A stretch of 64,000 nucleotides of DNA. Origin: Camelus dromedarius. Lineage: Eukaryota. The notes under the pieces are model-generated. The model saw only the letters and a list, made by a program, of their open reading frames with translations. It did no database searches and had not been told where the DNA came from. Made by a program: the position numbers and the translations under genes. Position 1 is the first letter of the stretch; each line of letters begins with the position of its first letter. The DNA lies in assembly GCF_036321535.1 (NCBI RefSeq), contig NC_087445.1, positions 46,934,001 to 46,998,000 on the forward strand, read 5' to 3'. Of the stretch, positions 12,750-25,818 are shown piece after piece.

Positions 12750-15520
12750 AGGTTTAGAAGGTATAATAAAATTAAACCTCTGTCTCTAGTCCCCCAGTTC
12801 GTCTCCCTCAAGGCAACCAATGTTAGCAATTTCTTGTCTGCTTTTTCTTCAGAGATATTCTATGCATTTGTTAAGCGAGAAAGTAAGATAGTAAGACAGT
12901 GTGCATTTGTGCTAAATTTGCCTCCAAAATAAATTTAGCACAAATACACTCTGTCTTGTCTTGCTTTTCTCAGTTAACAATATACCTTAGAGATATATAC
13001 CTGGGAAAAAATACATAGTACTGCGTCATTCTTTTCAATGTTTGCATATATTCCATTGTGAAGTTGTATCATCATTTAATTAACTAGTCTAATATTAATG
13101 GACACTTAGATTTTCAAAGCTTTTCCAATCTTATGCTATTACAATCAGTACTACAACAAACATACTTGCATATTAATAACTTAGTACATATAGTAAAATA
13201 TGGTTTAATGTACGTTTGTACTTTTGATAGATATTGCCAATTTACACATTCTTGTCATCGGTATGTGAGAATGTCTGTTTTCCCACGCTCTGTCAACATA
13301 ATATGTTGGTCTTAAGACTTTTTGGCCTTTGCCAAACTGAGTTGAGAAATGACATCTCATTGCAGTATTTAAAGTTTTGTGTTTAAAATAATTTAAAATG
13401 TGATATATAGCACACATATGTAAATGCATATCAAAATATATAAAACAAATTTTAAATCGAAAGAATAATAAAGTAATCACTACCTAATTTAAGGAGTAGA
13501 ACATTGCCAGCACCTGGGAACCTCCCTGAGTATTTTTCCCTACTCCTAGTCGTCTTTCTTTCCTTACAGAGATAATCACACTCCTGATTTTAGTTACAAT
13601 CGTTTCCATGCTTTTTTTGAATTTTATCATGTATGGATACATCCTTAAACAGTATAGTTTAGGTTTTCGTCTTTCTGAACTCTATAAAAATCAGATCACT
13701 TGAGGTTTTCTTTTTTTTTGTTTTTTCTTCATTCAATATTACGTTTGTAAGATTCATTGATATTTAGGAGTGTAGCTAAATTCATTAATTTCTTTTGCTG
13801 ACTTCCATTATATGACCATAGCACAGCTTATTTATACATTCTATTTTGATGAATAATTGGGTTGCTTCCCAACTGAATGCTGCTATAAGTATTTTATATG
13901 TTTTCCCTGGTACACACATGTATTCCCATTTGTCTTCATTGCATTTACAACCTGTCCTTTCTCCACCAATCTTCATTACCATCTCTGTCATATGTCAAGT
14001 CTCCAAACATAAATTGGTCTGTTGCTGAGATCTTTGTTCTTTTCCATTGGTATGTCTATTCCTGTGTCAATGCTACACTTCCCTAATAAATATTGCTTTA
14101 TTCTATGTTTTGATTTCTTATAGGGTAAATCCCTTTATTCCCACTCAATACTTTTTCAAATATGTCATGGCTGTTCTTGGTCTTTTGTTGTTTCATATAA
14201 ATTATTGAACCAGCTTATTAAATTTTACAATAATTATTTTAGAGATTAAAATATTGGGATTACATTGAATGTATAGATCAATTTGGGGAGAAGTAACATC
14301 TCTGTAATATTGAATATTCTTACCTATGAATGGGAAATATTTCTCTCTTTATTTTAATATCATTCAAAACACTTAATAATTTATAATTATATGCATAAAA
14401 GTCTTAGAGCTCTTTTGCTAGATTTACCTCTGTATGGTAGTATTTATTTTTTATTTCAATATATAAATATCTTTATTTATATTTCTTGGTGTCCTTAAAA
14501 ATGTTTCATATTTATTGCTAGAATATAGACATACAGTTGGGTTTTTGTATATTTATTTTATCTAGGGATCTTGCTAAACTCTCTTTTATATACTTATATC
14601 TCTAAATTATTTTAGATTCTGTACGTAGTAGGCATTTATGAATGATATTTATTTATGAATGATGACAGGTTTTTTCCTTTCTTCAAAAATTTTGATCTGT
14701 AGCCTATTTTTCTTGCCCTACCTCACTGGCTGGGACCACAGGTTCAGTACTGAAAGTTTTTATCATGAATGAGTGTTGTTTTCCCAAAGTTTCTTCTGCT
14801 TGACTTGATACAATCATGCGATTTTTTCCTATTTATTCTATTAATATGGTAGATTGCGTTGACTGATCTTTGAATATTAAACCAGCCTTGCATTCCTAGG
14901 AGGATAGTATCCTTCTTACTGCTGGGTGAAGAACAGGAGTTTCACTAGGGCTCTGTTGATTCCCTTCTGGCTGGCAGAGGCAGGAGTGCCTAGTATGACT
15001 CTCATGATCTCCATTGACACCATGGGAAGGGGTGGCTTCATAAGCATAGACACAAGTCCTGACTTTCCATTAGGCCCCCTTCTCTGATACCAGTCAAGTG
15101 GGAAGGAGAAGGAGCTTCCCACGTAGTCTCCACTGACAGTGTGGGGTGGGAACTTGTTACTCTTCCCAGGGGACATAAACATCCCACCTCCCTGCTCAGC
15201 CTCCTCTGATACCACACTGGCAGGGGAGTGGTTGGGCTGCCTTGTCATAGCCTGGCAAGGGTAGAAATCTAGGCCATCAGCTTAGTCTTTGCTGGTGGGG
15301 TGGGGCTGGGGCCATTGTTTTTTCTGATGTTTGGCTGGAGTAGAGTAGTTCTTGTCAGGACATTGAATTTTGTGAAACACTTTTTCTACATCTATTGAGA
15401 TGACCATTTGGTTTTTCTTCTTTAGTTTGTTAATGTGGTGAATTTTTAATGTTTAGCCTATCCATGCATTTTTGGAATAAATGTAACTTGCTCACAGGGA
15501 ATTATCCTCTAAGTCCATTA
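12750..15520 (-). mobile_element. Cluster of old L1 fragments (3'UTR, ORF2 and a 5'-type segment at ~14920-15355)
   Basis: Antisense L1 hallmarks such as GTAGATCAATTTGGGGAGAAGTAACATC, TTCCATTGTG...GGACACTTAG and AACCAGCCTTGCATTCCTAGGA. Confidence 0.7.
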
Positions 15521-15541
15521 CTATATTTGTTTTATTGATTT

Positions 15542-15667
15542 TGGGGGGGTGGAAAGGTAATTAGGTTTATTTATTTATATATTTATTTTTTAATGGAGGT
15601 ACTAGGAATTGAACCCAAGACTGTGCATGCTAAGCATATGCTCTACCACTGAGCTATACCTGCCTCC
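15542..15667 (-). mobile_element. tRNA-Ala-derived SINE (vic-1-like, camelid)
   Basis: On -: GTATAGCTCAGTGGTAGAGCATATGCTTAGCATGCACAG...GGTTCAATTCCTAGTACCTCCATTAAAAAATAAAT...AAACCTAATTACC. Flanked by TTGTTTTATTGATTT (15527-15541) and TTGTTTTACTGATTT (15670-15684). Confidence 0.88.
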
Positions 15668-15879
15668 AATTGTTTTACTGATTTTTATAATTTAGCATTT
15701 TGACATCAATGTTCATGGAGAGTACAGGTCTGAGAGGAATTTATTCCTTTTGTTTTATTTGAAAAAGAGTCTGGGATTTGAACAAGGCTGGTTTGTAGTT
15801 TCTTCTCTCTTAATTGGGAATGATCTCATGTAAAAAAATATAAAATTGCAGTTGGAGTACGCAGTGGTCAGCAAGTGAC

Positions 15880-16500
15880 CATATAAAGATGCCTTTACTT
15901 GGGGCTTTGTAATTTTCAGGACTTTGTAAGTTGCTATGTAGAAAAATTACTCCAGCCAGCTTAATTTCAAAATAAACTTTACTTTGATGCTTTTATGTAA
16001 CTGAGAAATTCAAGGGTGGATTCAGTCTCAGGCACAACTGGAATTAGGAACTTTAGGACTCTCTGTCCCTTCATCTGTTTCTTATCTCTACTTGTCTTTT
16101 CCTGGCTTCATTTTAAATTCTGGTGAGCAGACTTCCTCATATGTTAGGGAAGAGAGCGGTCAGCAACCTAATTCACATTCTGTTCGAGTCTCCAGATGAG
16201 AACTGAGCCCTGGCCAACACCTAGACTGCAGCCTTGCCGAGGACTTATTTTAACACCTAACTCACAGATACGGCAAGACTGTAAATGTGTATTATTTTAA
16301 GCCACTAAGTAGTGATCTGCAGTGCAGCACAGGAAGCTTATATAATACCCCTTCTCTTCTTGCCCCAATTAGAAATATCCTGGAGAATGGTTTAAATTAG
16401 TCTGACCTATGTTACATGCCTTCCCTTAGACAATTGCTGTGGCCAAGGGTTGACGTACTACCATTGGCAGCCCCACTAGAACCACATGATAAGAATGAGA
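15880..16500. mobile_element. MLT1-type LTR fragments
   Basis: CTCCAGATGAGAAC...GCCCTGGCCAACACC...TTTTAAGCCACTAAGT and related MaLR motifs. Confidence 0.5.
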
Positions 16501-17399
16501 GGGAGCAGTTTCCTCCCAGAACAATAGGTGTAACTGACCTCTGTCGTGGTGTTCTTAAGAACTCCAGCAATACTGTGATTTATGTGTGCTTATAGCAGAG
16601 GTCACAAATTGGCAACCCATAGCCAAAAGTGACTAGGGAACAAATATTGTTTGGTCCTTATAATACTTATCTTTATATTGTTAAAGAATTTAGGGAGATA
16701 CTCAGCTCAACTCTGCAAGCACTAAAGGTAAATGTGGAACCTGCAGGATGGGGAGCAGCTTCTGCGTACCCCCCCTTCCTGCATTCCTGCCTGGCTGCAG
16801 TTGGCTGGAACCAGGAGGAAGAGGCAGTTCGCTCCTGCTTCCCCACCTCGTTCTTTCCCTCAGTTACATTGCCTGTCTGGCATCTGAAATGCTCTGATTT
16901 AAGCTCTTTGGGTGATTACATTCTTGACGTGTTGTCTGTGATTATCTGTGATGTTTGATTTGGTCATATTTATGATAACCTTCATTGATACTCTACTCTC
17001 TTGAAGATTTTAGGGGTCATCCTAAATTGAGAAAAATGGTCACCAGTAATCATCAGGTAGAAATTAATCTGCACATACACAGAACTCTGAGAGACTCATT
17101 TGTCAGTGGTCTGATCTAAACTCTGGCAATTTCCAAAACAAGTACTGGAGTAAAGGCTGGTTTTCTTTGCTTCTGAGAGCCTTTGTCAGTGAGCCTTTGT
17201 GTTTGCCTCCAAGCCCTGTCTTGCACCTTTGTTCCTAACAAATAGGGTGGACCTGCTCTAGGGATGGGAAAGTAGATGGAACATGGGTCATCCCAACTTG
17301 CTAGAAAGGGGGAAAAAGACTGAATGAGGGCACTGGGAGGATACGCTAGACTGCCCTGAAGCTTACATTCAGGACTTTTCCTCCCTCCAACATGAAAAC

Positions 17400-19460
17400 G
17401 TCTTTTTAGAAATTTCTTCTGTTAATGCATGACCGACGTAAATATGTAATATACTCAAACTTCTGTATGTATTTTCCCTAGGTATTTTAAAGTTGTTGTA
17501 ACTGATGTGAATTATATATGACCATCCTACTTTACTTTCTTATTAGTTGTAGTAGTTTTGCACTTGCTTCAAATTTTTTTCTTAAGTAAACATCTGTTTA
17601 CTTACTGAATAGTTTTCCTCTTTCTTCTTTTCTATATTCTGTTCCTTATTTATTTTCTCTATCCATTTTAATTAGGTAGACTCTGTAGAACGATGCACAC
17701 ACTGAGAGCAGATGTCCTAACCCAGGCATGCTATCCTAGGCATGCCACTGGTGTTCTGCCATCAAGTGTGCTGTTTGCTGTTGTTCTGATACTTTCATTC
17801 ACATCAAGGATGGTTTCCTCTATTCAAGTTCACTGCTTTAAAAAAGTCAGAAATAGATGCTAAGTTTCCAAATAACTTCTACACATTTGTTGATGGGATT
17901 ACTTTTTCTTTTTTAATCTATTAATAAAGTGATTGTAGTAATTGATCTCCTAACATTCCTCATGTTAGAAACCCTGAATTAAGAAAAACACTGGATAATG
18001 TGTATTATTTTTTTAATGTACAATGGTTTAAATCTAATCAGGTTCAATAAATGAGTTTTTTCATTTGATCAACTTTCTTTGTTCTTTCATAATCCTTTAA
18101 TACTTTTAAGAGTTTTCCTCTTAATACTTGTCTGCTGGTATTTACTCCTAAATGTTCAACAAGCATATTAAGACTGTTGTTGCATTTCAGTATCAATGCT
18201 ATGGATTATGTTTATAAGAACCCCCTTCCCCCCACATCCTTCATAAGATGAGGCCTTTAGTGGGTTGTGACTTTGCTTCTCTGTCTCCATTTCCCAGCTC
18301 GATGAAGTCTCTAGGACTGTAACTGGAGCTGCATCGTTGCCTTGTTGTCACTGTTTACCTCAACTTGTTTGCTAATAAGTCCTTCATATATTCGTCTTTG
18401 CAAATTTGGTCTAAGAATTGTCTAGACCTTATTAGTCTCAGGTATTTCATTGTTTTCTGCTGTCTCTTCTATGGCATATCTATCACACTCTTTCAATTAT
18501 TTATTTTTAACTGTTTGTTGGGAGAACATTCTAAATCAATTTTTTTTTTCCCGGAAAGAGATTGTAGGGGTCTGTGCTTCCTGTGTTTACACGTGACAGC
18601 AAGTGTCTTTTTAACCCTCATTTGTCAGGAGTGTGTACAACTCGGGACTCTACAACCCATTTCCCTCAGAACTTTGTAAGCCTTGTTCCACTGATGTCTA
18701 CAGTTAGGGCTGCAGAACTGCAGGCCAGTAGCAGTCAGGTTCTCATTCCTTGTTAGCAAATGTGCTTTTCTTCCGTGGAAAAGTCTATAGAATTATTTTG
18801 GTATGTATAGGAATCAAAATTTACCCTTGAATCTAGGTAGGTGTGCCTTTTGCTACAATTCTTACCTGGTGATTGATGAACCTTTTATGAACAAACTATT
18901 TAAAACTTCTATTCAGTGAAATGATTTTTTAAAAATTATTATTTGTCTTTCATCTGCTCCGTTTTCTTTTCATGGATTCCATAATGGTTCCCTGGTCTAT
19001 CTTACATGCCTCTCATCTTTTCTTAAATAATTTAAATCCCTTTGTTTTTTTCTCTGAAGTCTAGGAGACCAATTTAAGTTATTTTTAATTTAAAAATTCA
19101 TTTTTAAGCATTGTCCTATCTACTTTCAAGTTCTTCCTGCTGAATTTTATTTGACCAAGTAAGCGGAATATTTTCCCTGAGAAAAGGCTCTTATTGCCCA
19201 GCTATCTTTTCTCCTAGCCTCTTTTTTTTTTGTAGACTTCTCTGGTTTTATTGATTCAGTACTTTCCTGAATCCCACTCAAAAAACTACTGAGAACTTCC
19301 TTTAGTGTTTTCACCATCTTCCTGCAGTAACTCTTTCTCAGCAAAGGCTGATGGTTTTGATTGTTAGTTTCCTCTCTGTTGGATTAAAAATTTCATATCA
19401 ACTGTCAGAGGTTTTCTATTTTGCTCATTCTTTTAACTAGACTTCTGGATTGATTACTCT
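17400..19460 (-). mobile_element. Highly degraded old L1 fragments
   Basis: T-rich antisense-L1-like composition with scattered L1 motifs. Boundaries uncertain. Confidence 0.4.
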
Positions 19461-20401
19461 AGGGAGTTGACTTGGAATTCCTCCCCAATCATACAGATGA
19501 TTCTTAGATGTCTCCTCCTTCTCCCTCTGAGCATCACCTCCTCTCCCTCTGACTACTGGGTGGCTTGGGAGATTCTTAGGTAGAAAAGCAAGTGATGGTC
19601 ACCACCTGGCTGTGTGCTTGGTCAAGCCAGGTCAGATGGCCAGTAGAATTCCTTTGATTCTCCTCGACACCTCTCAGTTTCCATGTGACTCTGATGACCC
19701 ATGGAAGGCCAATGCTATCTAGCAACAGAAGCCAGGGTTGAATGACATTTTCAAAAAGGGAAAAGAAAAAAGGCCTGCACCTTTGACCCTTGCATCAGTG
19801 TTGTCACACCTTACTCACTCTCATCTCTGCTGCAAGGACGTAAATGACTTCCTGGTGGGGGCCTTGATTAAGGGCAAGAGAAACAGGTTAATTATGAAGA
19901 CATAGTTACAGAAGGGCTCAAGAAACAGTTTTAAGAATTAAAATGACAGTAAAGAGAAAGAAACAATGAGGATAAAGATAAAAATATTACTATTATTTAA
20001 TAAGGAGTAAGATGAGTTGAAAGGTAACATAAAAGTAAGGACCCATTCAGATATGTTCAAAGAAAGAGCCAAGGAGCAGTTGAAGTACAGACTTACAGAC
20101 TAGAGCTTTTCATGAGTTAAGCAATAAAACTTGTGAAGAGTTACTTTTCCTTGACATCAGTTTGTTCAGTATGTATCACAGATATAGAGAAATTGACCAA
20201 CAGGAATATACTTTTATAGAATTGCTTACGGAATGAGGGGAAAATTCACATTAAATGCTCCCTCTTCACACAAAGCCCTTGTGTGTAGTGAGAGTCTGTG
20301 TAATTAGATTTACCTACGATAACTTGTATGAAAGTTGCCCTTCATCTTATCCTCTGAGACCCTCAGGTGAGAGAAACCAAGAGGCAGAGAAACATCCACC
20401 A

Positions 20402-21361
20402 TCACCAGGTGAAGTGTTTTTGAGTCAGCAGATTCCTCACAGCAGTCTTCCTGTCCTTGTTCCTGAGGCTGTAGATGATGGGGTTGAGCATGGGGGTTAC
20501 CATCCCATAAAAGAGGGAGGTGAGCTTGTCTGCAAGGCCTTGTTTGTCTACTCCCAGAGGGTCCCTGGATTTGGGCTTCCCATACATGAAGAGGATGGTC
20601 CCATAGAAGACGACCATGACTGTGAGGTGGGCAGAGCAGGTGGAGAAGGCCTTTTTCCTCCCCTCAGCTGAAGGGATCTTCAAAATGGTAGCAATGATGA
20701 ACACATAGGAGAAAGAGATGAGCAGCACAGGGACCCCCAAGAAAATCACATTGGCCACAACCATGCTGATCACATTGATGGAGATATCAGCACAAGCCAA
20801 CTTCAGGACAGCCAGGATCTCACAGGTGAAGTGGTTGATGATATTGTCCCCACAGAAGGGTAGTTGCATTGCTAGGGATGTCTGCACCATGGCAGTGGTG
20901 CTTCCAGCTGCCCAGGAGCCAGCAGCCATGGGCACGTAGGCAGCCTTGCTCATGACCCTAGGGTACCTCAGGGGGTTGCAGATGGCCACGTAGCGGTCAA
21001 ACACCATCATGCCCAGAAACACACACTCTGTGGCTCCCATGGCAAAGGAGAGGAACATCTGCATGACACAGCCCGAGAAGGAGATGGTTTTCCTGGGAGT
21101 AAGGAAGCTGTCAAGAATGAGGGGGACAGAGGAGGTCGTGTAGCAGATGTCGAGGAAGGAGAGGTTCCCCAGGAAGAAGTACATGGGCGTGTGCAGGCGG
21201 GAGTCAGACACGGTCACCAGGACGAGGACCCCGTTTCCCAGCAGGATCAGCAGGTACATCAGCAGGATGAGCACAAAGAACGTTTTCTCCAGCTTCAGGT
21301 GGGCTGAGAGGCCCAGGAGAATGAACCCCAGCATCGGGGAGGTCTGATTAGACCTGTCCAT
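20402..21361 (-). CDS. Olfactory receptor locus 2, OR13C7-like (OR37 subfamily), 319 aa, open frame
   Basis: Complete ORF from GCACCATGG (MDRSNQTS) to TGA, with seven TM segments and the extended ECL3 [19 protein letters not shown]. Carries atypical MVFDRY and RNKDRK. Confidence 0.9.
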   Translation of the reverse strand: MDRSNQTSPMLGFILLGLSAHLKLEKTFFVLILLMYLLILLGNGVLVLVTVSDSRLHTPMYFFLGNLSFLDICYTTSSVPLILDSFLTPRKTISFSGCVMQMFLSFAMGATECVFLGMMVFDRYVAICNPLRYPRVMSKAAYVPMAAGSWAAGSTTAMVQTSLAMQLPFCGDNIINHFTCEILAVLKLACADISINVISMVVANVIFLGVPVLLISFSYVFIIATILKIPSAEGRKKAFSTCSAHLTVMVVFYGTILFMYGKPKSRDPLGVDKQGLADKLTSLFYGMVTPMLNPIIYSLRNKDRKTAVRNLLTQKHFTW

Positions 21362-22397
21362 GGTGCCTCTCCTCTGTAACTTGCAGGAATTCAAAAAGCC
21401 AACTTCATGATTTTCTGATGCCTAAAGTGGCCAGAAAGCCAGTGAGGAAACTCGTCCTGCCGAGCAGCTAGAGAACAGCTCTTGCAACCTGGGGGTCACT
21501 CTAAGTAAAATCTACTTTGTGATATTTGGCTGCCCGTAGAGGTATTTCAAAAACATGTCACCAGAGTGGACAGAATTTTTCTAATCATATTCAAGATTGA
21601 CATTACACATTTACTTCAAGTTATACCATGTGTGGCCAATTCATTTTAATCAATTTTGTGAGAAGTGTTATATTACATTTGTATGATTTTCCTGCCTTTA
21701 GGGTGTAAGACAGGTTGGAAATAACTGATCATTTTCATCCTCTATTCCTGACCATTCCCCTCTTCAAGCACTTTTGGATATTACCTTCCTCCTCTCACAC
21801 AGTTTTCTCTCCCCAGACCTCTGGGATATTCATTCCTTCTTTCCTTCATGCACCTGCCAGACTCCTCAGGTGCATTTACCCAAAGAACTGGCCTTTGCCA
21901 ACCACCCAGTGCCTGGCAATCATTAAGTTCCTTTCCCTCTCTGGGCCTCTGATTCCCTAATACTCACTCTGGAATGGATTTATTTTTAGAGGTATCCCAT
22001 CCCAGGGACCAAGTGACCTCAGGAATCTCTTGTTCTTGGGCTTTCTGTCACACCCCTGAGTTGTCCTTTTCCTTTTCCTTCAAGTTCCCTCCATGCCACT
22101 TAGTCACAAGGGTGAAGCCAGGAATGGGGCTGGGCCCACAAGAGTTTACATATTCTTTTAAAAGTGCTCTCTTACCTTTTTTTTTATAAATAGCTCAATA
22201 AGGAAAATCACTTTTCTGTGGTTTGGAAATAGTCCAGAGGCTGAAAATAGCCAATCTGGTCTGAAAGTAGCAGCCAGAGGAGTGAGCACCCGAAATGGGT
22301 GAAAGCTAAGTTTTCTTGTCTTTGTTCTGTGTTTCGGAAAAATCCACGAAGGCCCGTCCATTGCATATATGAAGCCATTTAAATGGCACCTTGCTAT

Positions 22398-22500
22398 TGG
22401 GATTATTCTAGTCCCTGAAGTAATTTAAAGTTGAGGCATTTAAGTGACAAAATTTAGAAACTTTATACATCTGAGATTATGTCCCCAAGATCCAATTATT
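22398..22500 (-). promoter_or_regulatory. OR37 promoter module upstream of locus 2
   Basis: GGGATTATTCTAGTCCCTGAAGTAATTTAAAGTT...GAAACTTTATAC...GTCCCCAAGATCCAATTA, ~1.0 kb 5' of the ATG. Confidence 0.8.
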
Positions 22501-23439
22501 CTGAAGTCCTCCAGAAATACTTTCTTCCCTCTCCCTCCCTTTGTACCCATCCTGCTGAGCTACTGGGAGGCATTAGAGAAGGGTCATTCTGGTCCTGCTG
22601 GAATTAACATAAACCCCTCAGTCAATAAGAACTCTTAGCAGAGCCCATAATAGATCTGGGAGAATGTGAACCCACTGCACAGGACAAATCCTTGTTAGCA
22701 GCCCCAGCATTTCCAAATTCAGGATCTCAGGGCTGGAAAGAAGCAAGTGACCTAGAAGGTTTTGTCTTGTCTGTCTCCCACCAAATAGATTCTGAGCACC
22801 TACCATAGGCCAGGCCTTCACAGGGCATTGGGAGAGTCATAAATGAATCTGGTCCTGGCTCCTGCCAAGAGTTTCACAGGTACAGCAGCCGTGGGCTTAA
22901 AAAAGGCTAGTTGATTGCAGAAGTGATGTCTTTTTGTTTGAAGACTTTCTTAGGTGTATGTGTTTTATCCTCTCCAGAGAATAAACTTTTTGTTGAGGTA
23001 GACAGGGGAGAGTTGACCGATGTCATATAATAAGGGAGGGGATGTAGGAACTTTGTTTATTATACATTTTTTCCTAATCCTCCTTATTTTAGCAGCACCT
23101 CTTTTCATTCCTGGTCTGAGGGACCTGGTACAGTGAGTCTTCTGTGCTGTAGGTCTGGTTGTGGCTGTCTTAGTTTCTGGCTTAGGATTTGACTCTATCA
23201 GATCTGCTATGGAAATGGCTACTAGTCCATTCACTTTCCAGCCTGCAGAACGTTATCACTCTGATGTCTCCTTTCTTCTCCTTAATCTTGTGATCTTGTC
23301 ATTAAAAACAAAAATTAAACAAAAAATATTACTGTAGTTTTTGTGGATTTCAGGAAGAGCAACATTAGATGCATGTGTTCAGTTCTCCTTAATGCCTCAG
23401 GCCTGATTCCATGCAGTTTCTAACAGCCGCTATTATTTT

Positions 23440-23610
23440 CTTATGTATGTTAGTCATTGTTTCTTGTCTGTTTCTCTCCTGCTAGAATGTAAGTTTCACA
23501 GAAGCAGAGGATTTTTTTTTCCTGCATTGTTCCCAGATATATCCTTAGTATAAAAGCTGGACCTGGCTCACAGTAGGCACTTGATGAGTAGTTGATGAAT
23601 GAATTAATAA
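23440..23610 (+). mobile_element. L2 3' end
   Basis: CTAGAATGTAAG...GGCTCACAGTAGGCACTTGATG...TGAATGAAT. Confidence 0.7.
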
Positions 23611-24546
23611 GTGAATTTGTGACCTACCTTTGTTTTTTTTCTTTGCTTTGTGTTAGCTCTTTTTTTTATATTTTATTTTATCTCTGTCCCATCTTTTTAA
23701 TTTCTGTTTTTGTAAACATTTTATAATGTGCATATTGGTGCAGTAGACCATCTATACATTTTATGAATAAATAAACAGACATATAGTGTAAATTATAAGA
23801 AAACATGATTTTAAAACCTAGGACAACATTGACCCTAGATACCTAAATCCTGGCTGTGACTACACCCTTTCAAATATTTAGCAAACCTCTCTTTTCTAAG
23901 TGGCTCTTAAACTTTGAGAACATCTATCATAAGCAAAGCAAGGTTGCAGAATTCAGGACTTTTGGCCTTATTTAGAGGAGATCTGCCAGCTTCCTTCTTA
24001 CCTGCACCACATGCCTTTTTTTTTTTTTTTTTTTTTTTTGCCAGAGGCCACCCATGGTGAACAGGGCTGGCAACTGCTCTCACCAGGATTTTGGAAAGTC
24101 ACCCCTGAGCTGCAAGATGCCTTGAGGTTCTGGTTTGGAGTCTCTCTCTCAACTCTTTGGGTTTCTCCTCAAACTCTTTCTCAGCCCATCAGCCCCCAGT
24201 ACTCTATTCATGGGGGCTTGGGTCTCCTGTGGAAAGCTCAGGGACAGGTGGAAGGGCCCAAACCATTGCTTCATCTGTTATTATTGGCACCAGTACTGTC
24301 AGGCACATGGGAATGTACACATCACAGGGACAACCTGACTCACTTCTCTTTCAAGGCCTGTGCCCATGTCAGCTCTTGGCAGCTTCTTATGTTGGTGTAA
24401 CTTTAAGCCCTCTCCATACTTTTCTGGAATGAGGAGATAGTATTTGGGAGAAGGAGATACAGGTATGAAATCAATGAGGTTAAGTAAAAATTCTGTAGAT
24501 CTTGATTTGAATTGCATCTATGTATTCTCTTCCACCTGAAAAGGTC

Positions 24547-25480
24547 TGTTAGTGGATAGTGAGACGCCTAAATTAGGAGGGCCACCCAAGTGTGGATCCT
24601 TGCCACTGGCTATGAAAGATTTCACAGCAGAGGCAGAGGGATGAAGTGAAAAAACTGCTTTATTTCTCAAAAGAGGAAAAGGAAGGAAAGTGGTCAGATA
24701 GGGAGAAGGAAAGAAAAGCACTTGAGCGGGGAAAGGAAGTGCTCTAGCGAAAAACCATCAGCCAAGATGGCCAGTAGAGACAGGTGCAGCCTGGGTCAGG
24801 CCATGTGGACTTTCATGGGAGGCTTCTGCCATCATGTCCTCCTTCTGGGTGTTATGGAACCAATCAGTCCTTAAACAGGCTTTTCAGTCCTTATATCAGC
24901 TTTTCTGGTTCTTGTCATGGCAGTTGTCAACTGTCATGGCACTGGTTGGTGTGTCATTTAGCATGCTATTACATTACAGTGAGTGTATAATGAGGCTCAA
25001 GGTCCACTGGAAGTCAAATCCTCCACCATCTTGGGCTCCATTGGTTCTAACAAGTTCTTATTTCTTCTCTTTGCAACTGCCTCCTGAGACTTAGATATGG
25101 GTAATTGGTTTCTATTTGATGGAGCGGTATGGTCACACCCTCAGGGGTATGATCCTGAGGGCAACAGCCTTGGTAACCAAAAGGAAAGTTGCTTTTAATC
25201 AGAATGGCTGCAATCTGGTGGACCCAGTGTCACCCCAAAAAACCCATTCCCAAAGATTCTGTTCAGCCATGAAAGTTTTAAGGGGAAATGGGGGGTAATC
25301 TCAGTTAATTGCTGAGATAGGTTGTTAGAGTCATTACCATCTCCCCAATGCCTGCAGGCTTGTCCTAATCATCTGCTTGAGCCTACTCTTCGATGACTTA
25401 GGGAGGTCTGGGAGACTTTGGGTTTCTATAAATAAGGGAGGGGGTTGAGAGGAGGGCCCGCAGAGTCCTGCTCAGTATCA
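24547..25480 (-). mobile_element. ERV1-type solo LTR (~934 bp)
   Basis: TG...CA termini, 4-bp TSD GGTC/GGCC, AATAAA on -. It interrupts an L1MC-type 3'UTR (CCACCTGAAAAGG|GGCCTAGAAAC). Confidence 0.75.
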
Positions 25481-25818
25481 GGCCTAGAAACTGACAAACT
25501 CAGTAGCACCCCTAGCACCCAGATTGTGGGTTCTAAATACCAATCCCCACTAAAGGAATAAGAGCTCCTTAGGGAAAATGGTTGTTTCCAGGTCTGGAGA
25601 GGAATTGTACATGCTGAGCGTCAAACATCTTGACATAACCAGAAGGCAAGGAAGCCATCAAAGATACTAGGGGACTGTTAGAAGATCTCAGGAGCCATGA
25701 GCTCCTTGCTACACTTGAAACAAAAACCTGTCAAGTATCTAGATCTAATCACCAATTTATAGGAAATACAGGGACAAATACTATAGGACTGTAATCAGCA
25801 AAATGCAGACTATGGTAA
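25481..25818 (+). mobile_element. L1MC/MD-type 3'UTR, resumes at ~27243-27500
   Basis: GCACCCCTAGCACCCAGATTGTGG...TAAATACC...TCAGCAAAATGCAGACTATGG, continuing as AAACTCTACAG after MER21. Confidence 0.65.

Noticed and set aside
731-25480. Related LTRs at 731 and 24547 as evidence of a segmental duplication
   Set aside because: The flanks do not align and the second copy has its own TSD, so independent insertions are more likely.
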